NCBI GenBank assembly: GCA_036263295.1
Contig: DATAHG010000450.1
Span: 1-35,677 of the forward strand
Length of the DNA: 35,677 nucleotides
Reading direction: 5' to 3'
Source of the DNA: Thermoanaerobaculia bacterium
GTDB taxonomy: Bacteria > Acidobacteriota > Thermoanaerobaculia > Multivoradales > UBA5704
Part shown: positions 29,671-35,677 of the stretch, piece by piece
How the letters are laid out: every line of letters starts with the position of its first letter
Position numbering within the stretch: position 1 is the stretch's first letter
Notes under the pieces: generated by a model
Database searches by the model: none
What the model was told of the DNA's origin: nothing
What the model saw: only the letters and a program-made list of their open reading frames with translations
Program-made: the position numbers and the translations under genes

Positions 29671-30522
29671 TTGAAGATCCATCCGAATGATCTTGTCCTG
29701 GAGGGACTGGTCCAGGCCCGCGCCGGAGATCCGCGCCGGCTGCTGGACCATCTGGACTGCTGCCCGGGCTGCTCCCGGCGGTTCGAGACGCTGCGCGGCG
29801 ATGTCAGCGGCATCAGCGGCATTGGAGATATCGGTGACGGCGGCGACATCGAAATCCAGTCCGGCGACAGCTATCGTTCCGCCCTGGAGAGCAGCCGCCG
29901 GGCGTACCAGCGACACCGCTCCGCCCTCGACCGGGAACGGGCGGTGGCCGCCAAGCTGGTGGAGGAGCTGACCCGCCTGCGGCCGGACCAGCGCGACGCC
30001 GCGCTCTGGACCTCCACCCGGTATTCGACCTGGGGGGTTTTCGAGCGCCTGGTGGAGAAGAGCCTGGATGTTGCCGGCCACAGCCCGGTCGAGGCCGAGG
30101 AGCTCGGCCTCCTGGCGTTGCGGATCTCGGACGGCCTGCGGGCGAACGAGCACCGCCGGGAGCTGATCGAGGACCTGCGGGCCCGGGCCTGGGGGCACAT
30201 CGGCAACGCGCGCCGTTGCCGCGGGGACCTCGCGGCGGCGGCGGACGCCTTCCGCCGGGCCTATTCGCACCTGCTCCAGGGGACGCGCGATCCGCTGGAG
30301 AGGGCCCTCCTGTCCGAGCTGCGCGCCGCGTTCCTGCGCGACCAGGGGCACTTCGAGGCCGCCCTCCGGCTCCTGCAGCGCGCCCTGGTCCTCTTCCAGG
30401 ACCTCGGGCAGGAGCACCGGGTGGGGCGCTGCCTGGACGACATGGCGGCGATCTGGCGCGTCACAAAGACGAAGGGCGGCGCCGGAGAGATCTCCGGACA
30501 CCGCCCTGAATTGCCAGCCTAG
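29671..30522 (+). CDS. putative soluble zinc-binding anti-sigma-like protein (ChrR/ZAS-type N-terminus) with a TPR-like C-terminal domain
   Basis: The N-terminus MKIHPNDLVLEGLV...LDHLDCCPGC gives H4 and H27-x3-C31-x2-C34, i.e. the HxxxCxxC ZAS motif with an upstream His at ChrR-like spacing. There is no TM segment. C-terminal helical repeats are GDLAAAADAFRRAY and GHFEAALRLLQRAL. The start is TTG after GAGGAAGGGGAGG. Confidence 0.55.
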   Translation: MKIHPNDLVLEGLVQARAGDPRRLLDHLDCCPGCSRRFETLRGDVSGISGIGDIGDGGDIEIQSGDSYRSALESSRRAYQRHRSALDRERAVAAKLVEELTRLRPDQRDAALWTSTRYSTWGVFERLVEKSLDVAGHSPVEAEELGLLALRISDGLRANEHRRELIEDLRARAWGHIGNARRCRGDLAAAADAFRRAYSHLLQGTRDPLERALLSELRAAFLRDQGHFEAALRLLQRALVLFQDLGQEHRVGRCLDDMAAIWRVTKTKGGAGEISGHRPELPA

Positions 30523-30547
30523 GCCGGTCTGCTACCCGGGCTACTCC

Positions 30548-32992
30548 TTAATCCCGGCCCTTGCCGTGCCGGCTCTCGATCCGCCGCCCGGAATCGGACG
30601 GCGGCGAGGACGGGCGCAGCGAGGGGCCGGAAGAGCCCCGGTCGGGCCGCGAGCTCGGCGTGCTGTAGGTGCGCGGCCGCTCGCTCTCGGAAGAGGAGGG
30701 TCGCGACGGCGCGCTCACCCGCGGCGTCTCCGGGCGGCTCGGGACCGTCCGGGACGGCGGGGTGTAGCGCTCCCGCTCCGTGACTGACGGCCGAGAATAA
30801 GGCTCGCTCGACCGCCCCGCGGAAGGGTACGAAGGGGAGGTATAGGACGGCCGGCTGCCGGCGTCCGGCCGGGTGTCGGTCTGCGGCACCGGACGGCTGT
30901 ACCCCTCCGTCCGCGTGGTCCGCTCCCGCACCTGGATGCGGCGGTCGTCGCTCGGCACGCTGCCGCTATCTGTCGAGGACGGCGAGGACGGCCGGTCGGG
31001 GCGGGCATAGCCCTCACCGACCCGTCCGCTCGACTGGCCGCTCGGCTGGATGACGCGGGGCTGGGCGGTGGTGATCCCGCCGCTGCCCCGGACCTCCGGC
31101 CGCGCGATCGGCTTGCGCTCCTGTGTCGGCGTACCGCCGGTCTGCGGAGAGGGGATCTCCTGCACCCGGTAGCGGCGGCCGTCCGGATCGTCCGGCCCGA
31201 CGCGGCGGCGGGGGAGCGGCTCGCCGCTCTCGCCGCCCGAGGAGACGGTGGGCCGGCTGAGGACCGGCCGGTCCGGTCGCGGTGCTCCCTCGGAGCCAGC
31301 TCCGCGCAGCGTCGGGCGGGTCCGGGAGCTACCGTCCTCCGCCGCCGGATTCGCCGTCGTCACCCCGGCCCGGGCCGCCGGCTCCTTGCCGGTCGGAGTC
31401 CGGGTGCGATCACGCTCCAACACGATCGGCGAGCGGCCACCGTCGCCGCCGAAGAGCTGCGGGCGGTCCCCCTGCTCGGTCCGGACGCCGGGCTGCTGCC
31501 GCGGCTTGCCGGATTCGGCGGTCCGCACCGGCTTGCGCGCCGAGCTGCCGGGATCGAGCGGCGTGCCGGCGATGCGCGGCCGGTCCGGATCCTTGGCGAC
31601 CACCGTGCGCTGCACGTTGGCCGGCAGCTTCGGCGAGCGGCTGATGAACGAGGTCACGTCCGGCAGATCGCCATCGGCGCCGGCGGCCCCGGCCGTTCTC
31701 CGGCCGGCGCTCGCCTGGAGCGTGCGGATGGCGCGGTCCGGGTCCTTCCAGAGCTCCGGCTTGAGCGGCTTCGAATTGGTCGTGACGATGCCGCGCTGCA
31801 GCTCGCGGGCGCCGCCCCGGTTCAGGCCGTCGACCGGCACGGCATAGCGGTGCTGGTCGCGCCGGCCGAAGTGGTCGTGCGGCACGAAGTTCCAGTGATA
31901 CCAGTCATCCCAGCGGCCACCGGCCCAGCCGTAGAGGCCGTCGTGGAAGCCCCAGCCGTAGCGCGGGCCGTAGTAGCGGGTGTAGTAGCCGACCGGGCAC
32001 CAGCCGGTGTAGGTCGGGCCCCAGTACCAGTAGACCCAGGCCGGCGCGAAGGTGTAGCCGGGCTCCCACACCCAGCCGTAGGCCGGAATGTAGTCCCAGG
32101 TGCCGTAGTGATAGGGCACCCAGCCCCAGGGCTCGTTCGACACCCAGGCGATGCCGCTCGGCGTCCAGCCCCAGCGGCCCAGCGAATACGGGCGCCAGTC
32201 CGCCGCGACGCGCGGCCGCCAATAGGCGCGGCTGTCGACGTAGACCCAGCTCCCGTAGCGGCTGAGCGGCGCCGCCTGGTAGCGCAGGTTGTCGTCCTCG
32301 ATATAACGGAGGTCGGCCTGCGACACGGCGCGGTACTGATCGTTGAGGTCGCGGCCCCAGCGCTCCAGAGCGTCGAAGGCGCTGGCCGCGCGGACCTCGG
32401 AGTCGGTGCCCTCGTCCCCCTCGACCAGGGCGCGCTCGTCGGCGCGCACCACCGTCGAGCCGCGGTCGGTCACGACCTCGGCGCTCCCCGTGCGGACCAC
32501 CACCTCGCTCCAATCGTCGCCGTCGGCGGTGATGCGATAGGTGCCGAAGTTCTGGACATAGATGGTCGAGTTCGGCGTCTCGATCCGGGGCAGCTCGTCG
32601 CCGAGCGAATCGGTCGTGACGATGAGCTGCATGTTGCCCTGGGCCAGGCGCAGGACCGAGGCCCGGGCGTCGGAGTCCGGCGAGGCGGCGAGCTTCTCGA
32701 GCAGCAGCTCGGTGCCGCCGTCCAGACGGACGATGTTGAGGTCGGACAGGACGATCTCGACGCGCGACCGGTCGGCCACCCAGAGGCGGTCGCCGGCGAG
32801 CAGCGGCTGGTTCAGCTCCGCTTCCGAGCGGTCGCGCGAGCCGGCCTGCATGAGCGTCGCCTCGCCTTCCAGGACGCGGATGTACCCGTAGCTGCCGCGA
32901 TCCTCGGCGGCGGCGGCCGGGCCAACCCAGACGGCGGCGATCAGCGCCGCCATCAGCCAGATAGAAAACACACGGGCTCTCTTGGTGTACAT
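30548..32992 (-). CDS. secreted FecR-domain protein with a Trp/Tyr/Gly-rich repeat domain and a roughly 400-aa Pro/Arg/Ser/Thr-rich disordered tail
   Basis: Signal peptide (VFSIWLMAALIAAVWVGPAAAAE). FecR-like beta domain (GYIRVLEGEATLMQAG...LLAGDRLWVADRSRVEIVL...IVRLDGGTELLL). W-rich block (WRPYSLGRWGWTPSGIAWVSNEPWGWVPYHYGTWDYIPAYGWVWEPGY..WVYWYWGP). The rest is low complexity. Confidence 0.7.
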   Translation of the reverse strand: MYTKRARVFSIWLMAALIAAVWVGPAAAAEDRGSYGYIRVLEGEATLMQAGSRDRSEAELNQPLLAGDRLWVADRSRVEIVLSDLNIVRLDGGTELLLEKLAASPDSDARASVLRLAQGNMQLIVTTDSLGDELPRIETPNSTIYVQNFGTYRITADGDDWSEVVVRTGSAEVVTDRGSTVVRADERALVEGDEGTDSEVRAASAFDALERWGRDLNDQYRAVSQADLRYIEDDNLRYQAAPLSRYGSWVYVDSRAYWRPRVAADWRPYSLGRWGWTPSGIAWVSNEPWGWVPYHYGTWDYIPAYGWVWEPGYTFAPAWVYWYWGPTYTGWCPVGYYTRYYGPRYGWGFHDGLYGWAGGRWDDWYHWNFVPHDHFGRRDQHRYAVPVDGLNRGGARELQRGIVTTNSKPLKPELWKDPDRAIRTLQASAGRRTAGAAGADGDLPDVTSFISRSPKLPANVQRTVVAKDPDRPRIAGTPLDPGSSARKPVRTAESGKPRQQPGVRTEQGDRPQLFGGDGGRSPIVLERDRTRTPTGKEPAARAGVTTANPAAEDGSSRTRPTLRGAGSEGAPRPDRPVLSRPTVSSGGESGEPLPRRRVGPDDPDGRRYRVQEIPSPQTGGTPTQERKPIARPEVRGSGGITTAQPRVIQPSGQSSGRVGEGYARPDRPSSPSSTDSGSVPSDDRRIQVRERTTRTEGYSRPVPQTDTRPDAGSRPSYTSPSYPSAGRSSEPYSRPSVTERERYTPPSRTVPSRPETPRVSAPSRPSSSESERPRTYSTPSSRPDRGSSGPSLRPSSPPSDSGRRIESRHGKGRD

Positions 32993-33040
32993 TTGCTTCT
33001 TCCTCTCCCTAGCGGGACGATACCTTCGATCCCCGGCTAG

Positions 33041-33057
33041 AGCAACTTCCAGGCCAG
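33041..33057 (-). promoter_or_regulatory. candidate sigma-54 (-24/-12) promoter for the FecR/W-rich gene
   Basis: Minus strand CTGGCCTGGAAGTTGCT fits YTGGCACGrNNNTTGCW, with exact GG-N10-GC spacing. It ends 48 nt upstream of the ATG at 32992, and GGGAGAGGAAG (SD) lies in between. Confidence 0.5.
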
Positions 33058-33251
33058 CCCTCCTATTCCGGGTAAAAACTGCACTTTGCCGCGTTCTGGG
33101 CCCGCTGGCGCACGTCTTTCGAAGGCTTGGCTATAATGATGCGCCTCGGATGCGGCGGGTGGGGTGTCCCCCCGAGGCGTCAGCGGTGTCCGCCCTGGGC
33201 GCCGCCGTATGAGCCTGGAGTCCTTGGATCCCGGCAGGGAGGCGAGCGCAC

Positions 33252-34127
33252 GTGTCTCTGAAGAGCTGGTTTGGCGGCGGCAACAAGAACGCCGAGCAGA
33301 AACAGCAGGATTATTCGATCGACGACCTGATCGTGCTCGAGAAGTACGACGAGGCCGCCGACCGTCTGAAGGCGAAGCTCAAGCTCAACCCGGCCGATCT
33401 CCATTCCCACCTCAAGCTGGCCGAGGTCTACGCCGGTCTCAAGCAGCACGAGAAGGCGGTCGACGAATTCAGCTTCGTGGCCGACGAATACGCCCAGGAC
33501 GGCTTTTACGACAAGGGCGTGGCGCTGCTGTCCAAAGCCCAGAAGCTCGCCCCGCTCGACCAGTCCATCCGTTTCAAGATCGAGCGCATCCTGCGCGAGA
33601 AGAGCATGGAGACCGTGCGCGGCGTCGCCCTGGAGGGCCTGCGCCAGGCGGGCAGCCAGGTGGCCGGCACCTCGGCGGTCGAGCTCAAGCGGCTCTGGCA
33701 CCACCTGGCCGCCACCGCGGTCGTCCAGCAGCTCCCGGGCGAGCAGCTCAAACGCCTGTTCTCGTCCATGGAGCTGGTCCACCTCAAAGAAGGGGAGGCG
33801 ATCGCCGACGAGGGGAGCTCGGACCCCTTCCTGCTGCTCCTCGTGAGCGGCGTGGTCGAAGCCTTCATGAACGACGGCGAGCGCCAGATGGTCCTGCGCA
33901 CCTTCACCGGCGGCGACATCATCGGCGAGACCCCGCTCCTGGAGCGCGGCGTCTGGCCCGCCTCCTACCGCGTGTCCGAAGCGGTGACCGCGCTGCGCCT
34001 CGACCGCCAGGGGCTGGAGCAGACCCTGGTCGGCAACCCCGATCCTCGCCGGTTCCTGGAGATCCTGCGCGAGCAGCACAACGACCGCGACGTCGCCACC
34101 ACCCTGAGCCGCCTGCGAGGAGCTTGA
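33252..34127 (+). CDS. TPR-like plus cyclic-nucleotide-binding (cNMP) domain protein
   Basis: GTG start after GGGAGG. N-terminal TPR-like helices (YDEAADRLKAKLKLNPADLHSHLKLAEVYAGL, GFYDKGVALLSKAQKLAP). The C-terminal cNMP-binding fold is LVHLKEGEAIADEGSSDPFLLLLVSGVVEAF...FTGGDIIGE. There is no HTH output domain. Confidence 0.7.
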   Translation: MSLKSWFGGGNKNAEQKQQDYSIDDLIVLEKYDEAADRLKAKLKLNPADLHSHLKLAEVYAGLKQHEKAVDEFSFVADEYAQDGFYDKGVALLSKAQKLAPLDQSIRFKIERILREKSMETVRGVALEGLRQAGSQVAGTSAVELKRLWHHLAATAVVQQLPGEQLKRLFSSMELVHLKEGEAIADEGSSDPFLLLLVSGVVEAFMNDGERQMVLRTFTGGDIIGETPLLERGVWPASYRVSEAVTALRLDRQGLEQTLVGNPDPRRFLEILREQHNDRDVATTLSRLRGA

Positions 34128-34642
34128 TGTCCATCCTGCCGATCCGTATCTACCCCGACCCGGTCCTGCGCGTGCGCTGCCCCGAGGTCACCGAATTCGA
34201 CGCGGCCCTCCGCAAGCTGGCCGCCAACATGGTCGAGACCATGCACGCCGCCCCCGGCGTCGGCCTCGCCGCGCCGCAGGTGGGCGTCACCCGGCGGCTC
34301 GCCGTGGTCGATCTCTCGGTCGGCGAGGACCGCTCGCAGATCCATATCCTGGTCAATCCGAAGATCGTGGAAAAAGAGGGGCTCGAGACCGAGGTCGAAG
34401 GCTGCCTCTCCCTGCCCGGGATCAACGACAAGGTGGACCGCCCCCTGCGGGTGAAGGTCAAGGCCCAGGACCTCGACGGCCAGCCGATCGAGCTGGAAGC
34501 CGACGACTGGCTGGCGCGCGCCCTCTGTCACGAGATCGACCACCTGGACGGCATCCTCTTCGTGGATCACCTGCGCGGCCTGCGCAAAGAGCGGGTCAAG
34601 CGGCAGCTCCGCCGGCTGGCCGAGAGCGAGGTGGCGGTATGA
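34127..34642 (+). CDS. def: peptide deformylase
   Basis: The ATG overlaps the preceding stop (TGATG). Motifs are GVGLAAPQVG, EGCLSLPG and HEIDHLDG. Confidence 0.95.
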   Translation: MSILPIRIYPDPVLRVRCPEVTEFDAALRKLAANMVETMHAAPGVGLAAPQVGVTRRLAVVDLSVGEDRSQIHILVNPKIVEKEGLETEVEGCLSLPGINDKVDRPLRVKVKAQDLDGQPIELEADDWLARALCHEIDHLDGILFVDHLRGLRKERVKRQLRRLAESEVAV

Positions 34643-35214
34643 CGCGGCGCGGGCTCCTGAGCCATCTGGCTTCCCTGGTCCTGCTGGCGGGACTGGCCGC
34701 CTGCGGCGGCGGGGGAGGCGGCGGCAGCCCGACCGAGCCGCCGCCCCCGGTGACGCCGGCCGTCGCCTTCACGGGGTCGGGCGGCTCCACCGCCAACAGC
34801 ATCACAGTCGCCCAGGGCGCCGGCACCAACGGCACCACCCTGGAGCTGGAGATCCGCGCCAACAGCGTCCAGGACCTCTACGGCGTCGCCTTCGACCTGG
34901 AGTACCCGAGCAACCTGCTGCGCTTCGAGAGCAGCGCGAACGCCACCGGATTCCTCGACCAGGGCGGCGCCCAGGCCTCCTACGTCGCCAGCCTCGCCCG
35001 CGCCGGCCTCCTGGTGGTCGGCTACACCCGGCTGGGCCAGGTCGCGGGCGTCAGCGGCTCGGGCTTGCTGGCGCGCGTCCGCTTCACCGCGATCGCCACC
35101 GGCTCCGGCACGGTCCGGTTCTCCAGAAACTCCGCCTACAGCTCCCAGGGCGCGGTCATGGCCAACGTGACCTGGTCTGGCGGCACCGTGCAGGTCAACC
35201 GTCTCACCCCCTGA
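34639..35214 (+). CDS. lipoprotein with a cohesin-like beta-sandwich domain
   Basis: The ATG overlaps the def stop (ATGA). The lipobox is LLAGLAAC, followed by a Gly/Pro linker. The domain resembles cohesin (LELEIRANSVQDLYGVAFDLEYPSNLLRF...GSGLLARVRFTAIATGSGTVRFS). Confidence 0.6.
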   Translation: MTRRGLLSHLASLVLLAGLAACGGGGGGGSPTEPPPPVTPAVAFTGSGGSTANSITVAQGAGTNGTTLELEIRANSVQDLYGVAFDLEYPSNLLRFESSANATGFLDQGGAQASYVASLARAGLLVVGYTRLGQVAGVSGSGLLARVRFTAIATGSGTVRFSRNSAYSSQGAVMANVTWSGGTVQVNRLTP

Positions 35215-35258
35215 CATCCCGGGAACCGATCTCCGACTCCAGACCCCTAGAGACCCCA

Positions 35259-35677
35259 ATGACCGAGCTCGTCCTTTTCAACACCCTCGGGCGCCAGCTT
35301 GCCCGATTCGAGCCGACCGTGCCCGGCGAGGCCCGCCTCTACACCTGCGGCCCCACGGTCTACAACGAAATCCACATCGGCAACCTGCGGACCTTCGTCT
35401 TCGAAGACCTGCTGCGCCGCACCCTGCGCTACCTCGGCTACCGCGTCACCCAGGTGATGAACATCACCGACATCGACGACAAGACGATCCGCGGCGCCCA
35501 GCAGGCCGGCATCCCCCTCGACCAGTACACGGCGCCCTTCATCGAGTCCTTCCTGCAAGGGCTCGACACCCTGCACGTCGAGCGCGCCGAGATCTACCCG
35601 CGCGCCACCGAGCACGTCGCCGAGATCGTCGAGCTGATCGAGCAGCTCATCGCCAAGGGGTTCGCCTACGAGAGCGA
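35259..35677 (+). CDS. cysS: cysteine--tRNA ligase, N-terminal part (continues beyond the window)
   Basis: My own translation gives MTELVLFNTLGRQLARFEPTVPGEARLYTCGPTVYNEIHIGNLRTF...NITDIDDKTI...PRATEHVAEIVELIEQLIAKGFAYES. It carries the class I HIGN motif and is collinear with E. coli CysRS. It is absent from the ORF track because no stop falls within the window. Confidence 0.9.
   Translation, partial: MTELVLFNTLGRQLARFEPTVPGEARLYTCGPTVYNEIHIGNLRTFVFEDLLRRTLRYLGYRVTQVMNITDIDDKTIRGAQQAGIPLDQYTAPFIESFLQGLDTLHVERAEIYPRATEHVAEIVELIEQLIAKGFAYES

Noticed and set aside
33132-33137. A perfect TATAAT on the plus strand upstream of the TPR-cNMP gene.
   Set aside because: There is no acceptable -35 or TG extension at the right spacing, so I could not support a promoter call from sequence alone. 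It may still be real.

Overview
This is a gene-dense, visibly high-G+C window (composition not computed). It reads as chromosomal core from an Acidobacteria-like bacterium; the lineage call rests on a PadR regulator directly upstream of a roughly 900-aa duplicated FtsX/MacB-type 'ADOP' orphan permease. Content from left to right:

1. Tail of a chemotaxis cluster: MCP, cheR, cheB and a CheY-like receiver.
2. Minus-strand genes for an orphan Leu/Ile/Val-type solute-binding lipoprotein, an HD hydrolase and a large M48 metallopeptidase.
3. A long minus-strand housekeeping operon: rimP-nusA-infB-DUF503-rbfA-nrnA-truB-rpsO-pnp (19532 down to 8458).
4. An orphan secreted protein.
5. A TerC-family gene controlled by a clear yybP-ykoY (Mn2+) riboswitch with a terminator expression platform.
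6. An HtrA/DegP protease, an orphan sigma-54-dependent NtrC-family regulator, and pyrE.
7. The PadR-ADOP pair.
8. A soluble ZAS-motif anti-sigma-like TPR protein, convergent with a FecR-domain, Trp-rich secreted protein that has a roughly 400-aa disordered tail and a good sigma-54 promoter.
9. A TPR plus cNMP-binding protein translationally coupled to def, then a cohesin-like lipoprotein and the 5' part of cysS.

I recognised no rRNA, tRNA, CRISPR array, transposase, integrase, phage gene or known defence gene. I see no compelling new multi-gene system, and most of the window is ordinary core genome. The items most worth a second look are:

- An unclassified, densely structured element of about 260 nt, followed by an intrinsic terminator, immediately upstream of rimP.
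- The 26.4-33.1 kb accessory patch: PadR-ADOP, the ZAS-TPR protein, and the sigma-54-driven FecR/W-rich protein.
- Gly/Arg-rich repeat tails on PNPase and IF2.
- The unusual rpsO-pnp intercistronic leader.

All family assignments come from reading motifs by eye; no database search was run.
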